DNA of 61,134 nt from positions 1 through 61,134 of the forward strand of contig NIVC01002469.1 of assembly GCA_002269645.1 (NCBI GenBank), in the 5' to 3' direction. The translations under genes were made by a program, and so were the position numbers. The notes beneath the pieces are model-generated. The model saw nothing but the letters and a program-made list of their open reading frames with translations. It was not told where the DNA came from and ran no database searches. Below are positions 36,096 through 46,719 of this stretch, one piece after another (the stretch's first letter is position 1; each line of letters opens with the position of its first letter). The DNA comes from Macrostomum lignano (Eukaryota).

Positions 36096-36219
36096 TGATT
36101 GGTACAGCCGAGACAATTAGTCCATTTCCATAGAACAGTGCGTTTGATTTTGTTGATAGACTTCTACTGTAGTCTTGAAGAAGAATATCTTCTTGTTTAG
36201 AGGTAAGCTTTTTTGACAT
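36096..36219 (-). CDS. SSR3: SSR3 exon 1 ([41 protein letters not shown])
   Basis: Matches SSR3 N-terminus [37 protein letters not shown] donor, phase 1; total CDS 184 aa. Absent from the ORF track. Confidence 0.95.
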
Positions 36220-36526
36220 TGTAGTTTTAGCTTAGAAGATTTAGAAGAAAACTTTTACACTTTTACCAGAATACCTATAATTAAACCAACTCACAGACGA
36301 GTGTGCTATTAAACTAACAGTTCGTGTGGTTAACTCAGCAAAATCGAATATTTAAAAAAATAAGTGTAAGTTAAAACAAACGTTTGTTTACTAGAACTAT
36401 CTTTATGATCATCTAGTTATTTATTCAACAGTATAAATAAATGAAAATGCTGTTTTCGTGATATCAACTTAATAAGCAAATTTCCTTTGTGATAAGGAAA
36501 AAAGTACGTAATGAAGACTTAGGAAT

Positions 36527-36744
36527 GGGACGCAGCTCTAAAAAGTCGGCGCTTATTCTCTGGACCCCTGTTGAATGTTTCTGTTTCCGCAGTCCGCTGT
36601 TCATCCGCGTTTTAATCAGTATATCCATTCCGAATCTGCATCCGTTTCCGCCATCCGCGTTTTACCTTCTATTTCCGTATTCCGCGTTTTATCCACTGCC
36701 TCCGGTCCGTATCCGCGTCCGCTTCCGCGTTTTATCCGGTACCC
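36527..36744. mobile_element. 218-bp MITE-like insertion with CCGCGTTTTA subterminal repeats
   Basis: Perfect 8-bp TSD TTAGGAAT (36519-26 and 36745-52); terminus GGGTACCGGATAAAACGCGG on the minus strand. Confidence 0.75.
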
Positions 36745-36915
36745 TTAGGAATTTAATAATGGCTTCTAGTTCTAAGCTTATAAGCTGTATCAGAAGTAGA
36801 AAAATGAATCTTGATATTAAATTCAACAAAATTAATAATTAATAACAACAGAACGAAAACTAACGATAAACTAACGGTCGTTCGACAAATAAAAATTAAA
36901 TTGATACGTTGGCTA

Positions 36916-37230
36916 TGTAACAGGAACGGAGGCAGGACACTAAATTTGACTTTGAGCCTTGACCACCCAATCACCAGCTTGCACAGCTGCCTGCTTACTA
37001 GGCACACTCTAAAGCATGGCCAGTAACAGTTCGAGCTATGATTCAGCATTTATTGGACTCACCATCGAGCTAAGGCGATGAAATTCAGCTGATATAAAGT
37101 TACGAATATAAAGTATTGAACGAAACGAAAATATACGTGTATTATTACATTGCTATGCGATTACTTTGCTTTACTTAACACACGCCTCGAGTTGGCACCA
37201 ATTTAAATTACGAAATTAAGGTGTACTACA
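36916..37230 (-). repeat. 3' LTR
   Basis: No difference from 43167-43481 found by eye; PPT GAGGGGGGTAG adjacent (37231-41). Confidence 0.98.
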
Positions 37231-37900
37231 CTACCCCCCTCGCGAAAAAAAAAACAATGTCCCCATTGCGCTGAAAATTGACAGTTCGAACAAAATCTAC
37301 TTTATGAAAATATTTCTTTGACACAATACAAGTTGCGTTCAATGCACGCTCACAAGACGGACACTAAAGGATCGAATCGCGTATGAGCAAAAGTTAAAAG
37401 CCAACTTCAAAAATAGCGGCAAAATTCTTCAACCACAGCAATTTAGAACTTCACCAATGCAGTTTGAACCTAACGCGGAACGAAAATGCTCGAGTCTAAT
37501 TCAATAGAATATCGGATGATGATCAACGCACATACCCTAACGGATGCTAAAAATCGAACAATTATGTCAATGCGGAATAAAAATGCAATATTCACTTCAA
37601 CGCGAAAATTTACCAATTTTTTTGAATTTAGAAAATATTGTTGAAATCGAAAATAAATATTTTGATAGCAAAATGCGATTTAATATATAAGGGAATATAT
37701 AAAGCACCGGCCTGGAACTCGGAAACCACAACTGATTAAAACTCGAAAAGACAGCGGATTTGAATCTTAAAAACGAATTAAACGCAAAAAATACTCAGCC
37801 AAGTGACACGCAAAGGCAGCTCTGCTGGAACAGCGCACAAATGCACAACTCAAGCACAAACTGCGCAGGTCGCAGAAATCGGCAAAAAAGATTGTCAGAC

Positions 37901-40900
37901 TCACACTAGGACCCAGCCATCGTCAAGAACTTCGCTGCTGCAGTCGCTGGTCGCCTCACTCCGCGCCGGGTCGGGAGCGCGGGGCTGGTGCGCACGTTTC
38001 AGCTTGTTTGCGTGGACCACCCGACCGGTGTCGCCGTCCTTGTAATCGATAGGACGAACCAGGTAGTTCACCGGCGACGTTCGCTGCAGCACCCGGAACG
38101 GGCCGGTCCAGGGCGCCTGGTGTTTCGGAGCCAGTCCAGTCGTCCTTGAAAGCGCCGACGGCGGAACGAAAACCCATACGAGGTCGCCGACCCGGAATCT
38201 GCACCGCTTGGCCTTCCGGTCGTAGTACCGCCGCTGGCGTCGTTGTGCCGTCGCCATCGATCGCCGCACGGAGTCGTAGGCGCGAAGCAGCTGGTCGCGG
38301 TTGTTGGCGGCGAACTGGCCGACTGTCATTGGCGGCTCCGGTGGCCGGTAGACGACGTCAACTGGAAGCGTCATTTCCCGGCCAGTCAGCAGGCAGTGAG
38401 GAGTAAACCCGGTTGTAGCATTGACGCTGCTGCGGTAGGCCAGGAGACAATGCGGCAGCACTTCTTCCCAGTCCTCCGGCTGAACTGACTGCAGGTGGCA
38501 GCGGAGCATCTGGTGCAGAGTGCGGTGGAACCTTTCTACTAGGCCGTCGCACTGCGGATGGTAGCCGGATGTCCGCGTCTTCTGAATCTCCAGCAGCCGG
38601 CACAGGCTCCTGATGACCTTTCCGTCCACGGCCTTGCCACGGTCGGAGTGCAGAATGTGCGGGGCTCCGAAACGCGTCACCCAGTTGTCGAACAGTGCCT
38701 TGGCGATGGTGGCCGCTTTCTCGTCGGGGAGTGGCACCAGCTCGACCCACTTGGTGAAGTAGTCGACAATGGTGAGCAGCCGATCGTTTCCCCGCCGTGA
38801 CAGTCCAACTTTGACCACGTCGATGCCCACGCGCTGCATAGGAAATCCACTGGCCATAGTCTGCAGTGGAGCTCGGCGCTGACTCGGTGTCTTAGCGCGC
38901 TGGCACACTTGGCAGGACCTGACCGCTAGGCGAACGCTCTCCGCCATTTTCGGCCAGTAGCAACGCTGCTTGAGGGCTGCCAAGGTCTTGTCCTCGCCCA
39001 GATGCCCAAGCTCATGGACCTCCTCGATGAACTCCTCCTGTCTGCAGCGCGGAATCACAGGCACAGGCTTGGACTTCACCAGCTTGTTCAGGGCGCCGTC
39101 GACGAAACACAGGTCGCCGATCTTCTGTGCCAGAATTAGGCTCTCAGGCGACAGTCGGTCACGTCTGCTGGCGCTGAACCTTGTCTTGCCGTTGGACAGC
39201 AGGCGAAACACCGGGCCGATGTCTGGATCACGGAGCTGCAGTTCACGCAGTGACTGAGACGCATCTGACAGCGCCTCGCCTTCCTGAATGGCCTCGTCGC
39301 TGATTTCGTCTTCGCTGGAGTCCTCGCTCTCGCTTGGCCGCGGTTGAAGCTGCTGCTTCCGCCTTGAGGTGCCCTGACGTTCCGGCTCGGCGTTGGTCTG
39401 GGCAGCCGCAGAGGTAGCCGGCGCTGATGTCGCTGCGTTGGTTTGCACGGAGTTGACTCTGACTGTGTCGACCCGGCCAGCAGGCTCCGCGATTGGCACT
39501 GGCGCCTCGACCGTCGGCTCCGTCTGGCAGGCGGCTGTTGAAGTCTCGGCTGGCGCCACCGCTGTCGTCCCTGGCCGACAGACTCGACACTGGCTGGTGC
39601 ACTTTTGCTCTCGCCGAGAGAGGGCGTCTGCGTTGCCGTGTTGGCGGCCTCGGCGAAAGACGACCTTGAAGTTGAACTCATCGAGCAGCTGCAGCCATCT
39701 GGCCAGCTGGCCTTCGGGCTCTTTGAATGCCAGCAGATAGGTGAGCGCCTGGTGATCCACTCGAACGGTGAAGGCGCGCGGCAGCAGGTAGCTCCGGAAC
39801 TTCTTAACAAACTCGACAACAGCCAGGAGCTCGCGCCGCGTCACGCAGTAGTTGCGCTCAGCTCTTGACAGGGCGCGGCTGGCGTAGGCGATAACCCGCT
39901 CTTCGCTCGCCTGCACTTGCGACAGCACCGCGCCGATTGCGCAGTCACTTGCGTCGGTGTCGAGGATGAATTCGGAGCCCGACTCGCTCATGTCCGGGAA
40001 CGCCAGGATCGGAGCTGACAGCAGCGCTTGCTTCAGCTGGTTGAAGGCCGCCTCGGCTTCTGGCGTCCACTCGAAGGGCGTAGGCAGTGTAAGGCGGCGC
40101 AGAGGCTCGGCGATATTGGCGTATTCGCGCACAAATCTTCGGTAGTAGGAGGTCATGCCGAGGAAGCTCTTGACGTCCTTCGAGCTCCGGGGCACCGGCC
40201 AGTCTCGCACAGCCGCGGTTTTGCCCTCATCGACGGTGATGCCGGTCTTGCTGACGCGGTGGCCCAGGACTAACATGCTGGTATTTGCAAATCGGCACTT
40301 TGACGGCTTGAGGCGCAGGTTAAACTCGCGCAGTCGCTCCAGAACTGAACGCAGCCGATCGTTGTGCTGGCCGATGGTCTGGCCCATCACGATGACGTCG
40401 TCAATGAACACCAGACAGGCCTGCCACGTCAGCCCCCGGAGCACCAGCTGCATGAGCCGCTGAAAGGTGGCTGGTGCATTCCGGAGTCCGAACGGCATCA
40501 CGTTGAATTCAAACAGGCCTTCATGGCACACAAATGCCGTCTTCTCCTTGTCTCGGTCATTCATCTCGACTTGCCAGTAGCCACTTTCGAGATCCAGCGC
40601 TGAGAAGTAGCTGTTTCCTTCGAGGGCATCCAGAGTGTCATCGATGCGGGGCATCGGGAAGGCATCGGGCTTGGTCACCGCGTTCAGCAGGCGGTAGTCC
40701 AAGCAAAATCTGGCCGACCCGTCCTTCTTGCGAACCAGAACTATCGGAGATGCCCAAGGTGATGACGATGGTCGGACGACTCCCTTTGCCAGCATCTCGT
40801 TGACCAGCTCCTTCTGCTGTGCGATCGCTGTGGGAGCCAGGCGCCGCAGTCCTTGGCGAATTGGCCTGGCGTTGCCTGTGTCGATCTCGTGCTTTAACAA

Positions 40901-41839
40901 TTGGGTGCGGCCTGGGTTGCTGGGGCTCGCGAATACGTCACTGAACTCCAGCAGAAGGCGTTCGACTTGCTGCCGCTCCTCGGTTGGGATGTCATCGGCG
41001 ATTTGCACCTCGTCCTGCCAGGTCGTTGCAGTAGTCGGATCTGCCTCGCTGGCATCACCAGATCCTCCGGCTTGCAGGTGCGCCAGGGCTCGGCCAGACA
41101 GCGGGTTGAAGTTGCCGACGATGTCGCCCTCCTTGATCTCGACTGTCTCATCTCTGGTGTTGATGACAGCAACCCCCATTCCGTGGTCAACCAGCTTGGA
41201 CACGCTGCGGCCGATCATCACTTTGGCCGCCTTGCTGCCGCAGACAACGCCTGGTGCCTCCGAGTTCGTCCACGCTGCCGCGCTCGCTGGCCGCACCGGA
41301 ATGATCCAGCCATCGCCTGGCTGCAGTCGAACCGTGGCTGCCGCTGCCAGCTTGCAAGTCTGGGCCGCCTGCCTGGATGTCCGCATTGGCAAGGTGACGC
41401 CGAGGCCGTTGAACTCGAGAATGCCTGATCTCAGGTGAATCGAAATGTCAAATTTGTTTAGGAAGTCGCAGCCCAGAATTACCGGTGCGCTGAGGCAGGT
41501 CACTGCCAGGAATCTGTGTCGAAAATGAAGCGGACCAAGAAAAAAACTTATCTCAATTTCGCCCAGCACTGTTGCTTGATTGCCGCCCACGCCATAGATG
41601 GTTGTTGAGCTGGGTCTCAGCTGCCGTCTGAGCCTGGCCGAGTGCACGATGTCGCCGTTGATGCAGGAGATCTCGGCACCGGTGTCGATCATGCACGGCC
41701 GGCGTTTTCTGAGCATGCGCGAGGTGATGAAGCGCACTTGGTCGGGCTGGCAGCTGGGGCGTGGGGGCTGGGCCGAACTGTTTAGTGCTGAGAGGGCCGG
41801 TGCTGGCCCATTGGACCAGCCCCCCCAGCGTTTGGGCAC
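37901..41839 (-). CDS. Gypsy Pol (protease, RT, RNase H, integrase with GPY/F); expressed by -1 frameshift
   Basis: IDTGA, FIDD, TDASD, DALSR, HHCC zinc finger, GID..HSD.G..E, W.GPF motifs; uninterrupted frame. Confidence 0.98.
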   Translation of the reverse strand: MPKRWGGWSNGPAPALSALNSSAQPPRPSCQPDQVRFITSRMLRKRRPCMIDTGAEISCINGDIVHSARLRRQLRPSSTTIYGVGGNQATVLGEIEISFFLGPLHFRHRFLAVTCLSAPVILGCDFLNKFDISIHLRSGILEFNGLGVTLPMRTSRQAAQTCKLAAAATVRLQPGDGWIIPVRPASAAAWTNSEAPGVVCGSKAAKVMIGRSVSKLVDHGMGVAVINTRDETVEIKEGDIVGNFNPLSGRALAHLQAGGSGDASEADPTTATTWQDEVQIADDIPTEERQQVERLLLEFSDVFASPSNPGRTQLLKHEIDTGNARPIRQGLRRLAPTAIAQQKELVNEMLAKGVVRPSSSPWASPIVLVRKKDGSARFCLDYRLLNAVTKPDAFPMPRIDDTLDALEGNSYFSALDLESGYWQVEMNDRDKEKTAFVCHEGLFEFNVMPFGLRNAPATFQRLMQLVLRGLTWQACLVFIDDVIVMGQTIGQHNDRLRSVLERLREFNLRLKPSKCRFANTSMLVLGHRVSKTGITVDEGKTAAVRDWPVPRSSKDVKSFLGMTSYYRRFVREYANIAEPLRRLTLPTPFEWTPEAEAAFNQLKQALLSAPILAFPDMSESGSEFILDTDASDCAIGAVLSQVQASEERVIAYASRALSRAERNYCVTRRELLAVVEFVKKFRSYLLPRAFTVRVDHQALTYLLAFKEPEGQLARWLQLLDEFNFKVVFRRGRQHGNADALSRREQKCTSQCRVCRPGTTAVAPAETSTAACQTEPTVEAPVPIAEPAGRVDTVRVNSVQTNAATSAPATSAAAQTNAEPERQGTSRRKQQLQPRPSESEDSSEDEISDEAIQEGEALSDASQSLRELQLRDPDIGPVFRLLSNGKTRFSASRRDRLSPESLILAQKIGDLCFVDGALNKLVKSKPVPVIPRCRQEEFIEEVHELGHLGEDKTLAALKQRCYWPKMAESVRLAVRSCQVCQRAKTPSQRRAPLQTMASGFPMQRVGIDVVKVGLSRRGNDRLLTIVDYFTKWVELVPLPDEKAATIAKALFDNWVTRFGAPHILHSDRGKAVDGKVIRSLCRLLEIQKTRTSGYHPQCDGLVERFHRTLHQMLRCHLQSVQPEDWEEVLPHCLLAYRSSVNATTGFTPHCLLTGREMTLPVDVVYRPPEPPMTVGQFAANNRDQLLRAYDSVRRSMATAQRRQRRYYDRKAKRCRFRVGDLVWVFVPPSALSRTTGLAPKHQAPWTGPFRVLQRTSPVNYLVRPIDYKDGDTGRVVHANKLKRAHQPRAPDPARSEATSDCSSEVLDDGWVLV

Positions 41840-43095
41840 CTCCGGCGGATGTGGCCAGGCTGATGGCAGCCGTAGCAGATGGGCACCGCCCTAGGCTGCT
41901 GCTGTTGATGTGCAGCGGCGTCAGCTGATCTCCATGGTGGCGCTGGGGCTGTCTGCGCTCGATGAGCCGCTGGCTGGTGATGTTGTGTCGTCTGTGGCCC
42001 ATGCTGCGGTCGGGTTCCTGTCGGTGTTGACTGAACCGGTGCCGCTGGAGCTGACGCCTCGGCGCTGTGGTGCTGCGACTGGGAATTCATTATCTGCCGG
42101 GTCTCGCGCACTTGCTGGGCATAATGCAGGGCCTGATCCGGTGTAGTAAGAGGCAGCTGCATATTAAGCAGCCGCTCCGTCACGTAGTTGTCGTTCAGCC
42201 CTTGAATGAACCGCTCAAGCACAGTCTGCTGGCGACAGTCTTGAGCACCGAGCTCTGGGTAGGCCTTGAACGCGAGTCGCTGGAGGGCAGTCAGAAAATC
42301 CTCGAACCTCTCGTCCCTGCCCCGGCACCGACTGTGAAGCTCGCGCCGAAGTAGCGCAGTGCTGGTGGCACCGCCATGACGAGCGCGAAGGTGCTGCAGG
42401 AGATCTTCATAGCGGGCACCTGGCAGGAACTGCAGTGAAGTCCCAACGGGCTGTCCATGCTGCGCGCACAGTTGGTAGAGCCAGACCTCGTAGGTAGCGA
42501 ATGCTGGTCCCAGGTAACTGCTGAGCGTGTTGATCTTGCTGTAGTCACTCAGTCCTTGGTGCCGGCTTAAATACGAAGACACTCGACCCAGAAAGTCATC
42601 GAACGGTTCGGATCCGTTGAAGGGCGCCGGCTTCGGCACCGACGGAAGCTGGATTGCTTGTTGATATACCGGTGCGCACAGGTTGCGGTCGCCAGCGCCA
42701 GGGTGAGATCCGCCTTGGAGCAACGGAGCCCATGGTTCGGCCATACGGTGCACAGAGGGTCTTGGTGGATGTGTCACTGCAGCTGCCGCAGCTGCCGCGG
42801 AAGGCCTGGTGTCCAGCAGGAATGAGTCTCCCGTCGCCATGTAGTTCGTTGACGGTTGGCCGGGCCCGGGGGGCACTGGCACTTGAGACTGACAGCAGCG
42901 TGCTTCATCGACAGAGATTTGCACAGGATCGAGGTCACGAAGCTCTTGATAGCGCCGCCAGTTCGCCTCCCGTTCGGATTCAGGCTCACTGGTTGACGAA
43001 GAGGTGTAAGCCGTAGCCGCAGCGGTCGGACGTAAAATATCGCGATTTCTCAGTCTTAGCCGTTGAGGCTCTTCTGCCTCACGTTCTGACCACAT
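41782..43095 (-). CDS. Gypsy Gag with C-terminal CCHC knuckle (437 aa from ATG 43095)
   Basis: CYGCHQPGHIRRRC; lies between PBS and pol; start codon inferred. Confidence 0.9.
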   Translation of the reverse strand: MWSEREAEEPQRLRLRNRDILRPTAAATAYTSSSTSEPESEREANWRRYQELRDLDPVQISVDEARCCQSQVPVPPGPGQPSTNYMATGDSFLLDTRPSAAAAAAAVTHPPRPSVHRMAEPWAPLLQGGSHPGAGDRNLCAPVYQQAIQLPSVPKPAPFNGSEPFDDFLGRVSSYLSRHQGLSDYSKINTLSSYLGPAFATYEVWLYQLCAQHGQPVGTSLQFLPGARYEDLLQHLRARHGGATSTALLRRELHSRCRGRDERFEDFLTALQRLAFKAYPELGAQDCRQQTVLERFIQGLNDNYVTERLLNMQLPLTTPDQALHYAQQVRETRQIMNSQSQHHSAEASAPAAPVQSTPTGTRPQHGPQTTQHHQPAAHRAQTAPAPPWRSADAAAHQQQQPRAVPICYGCHQPGHIRRRCPNAGGAGPMGQHRPSQH

Positions 43096-43146
43096 GATGA
43101 TCGATGACAGGTGCAACCTTCGGTCTTTTATGCTATGAAGAAATTC

Positions 43147-43164
43147 GTCCTGGCGTGGTCGCCA
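43147..43164 (-). promoter_or_regulatory. Primer binding site TGGCGACCACGCCAGGAC (tRNA-Arg-like)
   Basis: Starts with TGG 2 nt inside the 5' LTR; complement resembles the 3' end of metazoan tRNA-Arg(UCG) as recalled, not searched. Confidence 0.8.
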
Positions 43165-43166
43165 AA

Positions 43167-43481
43167 TGTAACAGGAACGGAGGCAGGACACTAAATTTGA
43201 CTTTGAGCCTTGACCACCCAATCACCAGCTTGCACAGCTGCCTGCTTACTAGGCACACTCTAAAGCATGGCCAGTAACAGTTCGAGCTATGATTCAGCAT
43301 TTATTGGACTCACCATCGAGCTAAGGCGATGAAATTCAGCTGATATAAAGTTACGAATATAAAGTATTGAACGAAACGAAAATATACGTGTATTATTACA
43401 TTGCTATGCGATTACTTTGCTTTACTTAACACACGCCTCGAGTTGGCACCAATTTAAATTACGAAATTAAGGTGTACTACA
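43167..43481 (-). repeat. 5' LTR
   Basis: See 3' LTR. Confidence 0.98.
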
Positions 43482-43521
43482 GCTATCTAGCTATTTAAAG
43501 ACCATGGGTCCGTCCTATAAA

Positions 43522-43786
43522 GGGCCTTTTCATATTACCAATTCCAGAACCAGAATCGGTTCGGAATTCCAATAAAAACACCAGTATAACTATTAAACTC
43601 TGTTAATATTTGACTGCCTTAACAACCTAACTTAGCACAATTTTTCACTTTCTTCTTGGCGATTGTCATTCAATAATAAAAACAAAACTTTATAGCACGC
43701 ATTTCTCTCTAGTTATGGAGACAAAAAGTTATACTTCACAAATTGGTTCTGGTTCTGGAACCAGAGCAAGCAATATGAAAAGGCCC
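43522..43786. mobile_element. 265-bp MITE, possibly PIF/Harbinger-like
   Basis: 15-bp perfect TIR GGGCCTTTTCATATT plus inverted TTCCAGAACCAGAA; AAA on both flanks. Confidence 0.7.
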
Positions 43787-44112
43787 AAAGCCATCGTAAG
43801 ATAAGATCGTTCTTAGCTTCTATCTCAGCAGTGTAAAAGTTCCGACGTACGATCCAACTTACGCTACGACAGCTTTATAGTACGACCCCCATTCTTAGAA
43901 AACATTTGCGCTTGTGTTTGCCGCGCTAAAATAACCTAGTCAGCCAAGCCTTGTGTATTGTGTTGTTTAAAATCAAAACTTCTAAAGTCTAAAGAACGAC
44001 ATTACATTAAATCTACACATGTAAATCCAGTCGAAGTTTCCTTTCCATAGCTTTCAGTCAGCTCTCAGTCAGAACCCCGAAATTGTGAAATTGGTCCAAC
44101 TTGACTAATCAC

Positions 44113-44296
44113 CATGGGTGGCGGGAGCTTGCGGCACCGGAGGCACATGCCCCCCGAAAATGAGTCCACATGGTAATTTTCAGTTCTTTTTCTGATTTTA
44201 GGTCCTAATTAGCAGCTTATAAAGGTACCTGTGCCCCCCTTACCCTGTGCCTGGTGCCCCCCTCAAATATTAGGTTCCGCCAGACTGCTGCCCCTG
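44113..44296. mobile_element. Degenerate hAT-like MITE, 184 bp
   Basis: CA..TG termini with weak TIR; 8-bp flanks CTAATCAC and ATAATCAC; GTGCCCCC subterminal motifs. Confidence 0.5.
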
Positions 44297-46719
44297 ATAA
44301 TCACCATGATCAAGACTCAAGAGGCTGGCTATATAGGAATGTCACGCGCTTGTATGCCTGCTCAGGGAAGTTGGCGGAATGGGCAGCAATGCCTCTTGCC
44401 AGTTGTGCAATAGTGTGATGTGAACCCATGGTCCTAGCCTTAGACCTATTGTTTCTGGGCTTGCTTATTGCCAATACCAGTAGGCCTATTATGACCCCCC
44501 TGGCCAGCCAGTGGCTGCCCCCAACCAACTGTTTAGCTTAGTTATTAGTAATTTAGCTGGCTAGGCCTACCAATTTTTGGCAAAAAATGGAAAAGTCCTT
44601 AAGTTTTGTCTTATTTAGATGTCATTTAGTGATTTATTTATTAATTTTTTTGGCTTGCCATGTCTACTAAGTTTATAAATATAATATTGTATTTTATTCC
44701 TAATCCTAACAGTTAACATTTTTATTTATGTTATTAAGTCCTAGGCCTAACTATCTATTACCTTTTCTTTTATTGTTTTAATCTCTATAGTATTAGGCTA
44801 TTATATATGTATATTTTTAGAAGTATTCTAACATTTTCTAATGTCTTAGCCTTAGGCTAATAATAAATATTAAAGAATATTTGATTAGTATTAAAAGTCA
44901 AACAAAAAATCTTTAGCCCTACTGTATTGCAGTGCATAGCTTGGGTATACTAGACACCCACCTTAACTAGGCCATAGTAGTACTTAAGAAAAGATAATAG
45001 ATGTACTAGGCCAGGGCCTAGATTGTGTAATAGTTAAGATGGGGTAGATAAATGAAAATTTTCTGGCAGTTGGAGAGTTTCAAACTTTGAATTTCTGCTG
45101 GCATTGCGTTCGCACAAGTTAAATCTAGAGAATTACATAGACAAATCACAATGAAGTTTTCTCCTATTTTATTCTGACTACCAGGTTTTCAAGTCTAGGG
45201 GAAAGGTAGTTGCAATTGTAGACAAGCAGTCTTTTAGTGGCATGGTCATTCAAATGGTAGACATCGGAGACTCTGACACTGTGAATTAATGCCTCAATAT
45301 GCTGAGCTGATTACTATCAGTAGGATAGAGTTGCCACTACCATAATTTTCATATTATGGAATGCAATTAGTCTCGGAGCTTCTTTGAGTTGAGAACATTA
45401 ATTGTTTTATGCCAAATGACTGTGGGCAAATGACTTAATATAAACTACTGGGGCTTTGATTACTTAATGAAGATAAATTAGTCAATAAGTATGAGCTGCT
45501 TACTATTATTAATGGCTAGTAAAAGATTATCAAACAAAATTAATTAAAATTAAAGGTTACTTGAGACCCGACGCTATTAGAGATTTTGGTGATCTGGTAT
45601 GCTGGAGTGCTAAATAAACTAAAGAAGTATTAGCTGAACAGACAACAAATTTAGCAAAGGCAAAGGTTAAAGGGTTTAGCCAAGAGGAACTAAAGGTCTC
45701 AGAGGAAGAAGAAGAGAGAAAAGGAGAGGACCGAGAGAGAGAGAGAGAGATTGTGCATCATTTCCAGCATTAAAATAATTATGCAAAGGAAACAGTACAT
45801 TGATTGGAGCATGCATAGGTACCGCAAAAGGGGCAACTCTGGGAGCCACAAATGGCATATCATATGAACTAAATTAAACAAAATAATAATGAACTTAAGC
45901 ACATGCAAAAGTAAATGACCACTAGAAAGGGCAACAAAGGGGCCACAACCGGGAAAAAGACAAACCACACAAGGGCACAGCAGGAGGACCAACCAAAGGG
46001 GCAAACCTAGGAGTAGGAAAATATGGCAGAAACACATCATGGGGAACCTCAGTAGGGTAGACAGAGAAGACTAAACCCGGAAAAGAAAAAAAACACAGTG
46101 GTAGCCCCATTTACTACATAGTGTATGCCAGAACAAGGATCCTATCTCAGCTAAATGTATGCCAATGTATGCCAAAAACAAACAATTTCCCTAAAATGTA
46201 TGCCAAAAATTCCTAAAAAGGTCATTTGGTTTTCACAAATAGAGTTTTCTAAGAAAGGCTTTTGTATGAAAAGTCTTTAATAATTAAAAATATTTTTCAT
46301 TTTAAACAAACTTAAATTATACCTACAAAAAGAATAATACAAAACTTAGCAATAATTCTTAATATAATTCTTAATATTCTTAAATAGCAATATAACTCTT
46401 CAATAATTCTTAGCAATAATTTATACTAATTTTATTTATTGTTAATTTTAAAGAAGCAAAAAGTTTATCACTGACTTTCTAGACTATAAAAATCTCCTTT
46501 ATTTTACGTAAAAATGTTAATTTACATTACAATTTTCATGCACGGCATGAATTTATTCACCAAAATTTGTATGCCAAAAAATCTGCATAAATTTGTACAC
46601 AGTACTGTGTCAGCTCATTTTTAAATTGCAATCAAATATTGTAAAAAGTTTGACTACTTGTGTCAATAAAAAATCTAAATGCCTTTAAAAATTTTGTGGG
46701 GTCCTGACACTAATTTGAT

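Larger units (their letters stand above)
36916..43481 (-). mobile_element. Complete Ty3/gypsy LTR retrotransposon, 6566 bp
   Basis: Two 315-bp TG..CA LTRs, 4-bp TSD GCTA, PBS, PPT, gag and pol in PR-RT-RH-IN order; no env ORF. Confidence 0.99.

Noticed and set aside
37231-37900. env-like third ORF in the gypsy element
   Set aside because: The 670-bp region is AT-rich with no substantial ORF.
39136-41438. Alternative-frame and antisense ORFs inside pol
   Set aside because: Expected shadows of a GC-rich coding sequence.
45676-46110. Hydrophobic short minus-strand ORFs
   Set aside because: Purine-rich low-complexity sequence; no splice or homology support.
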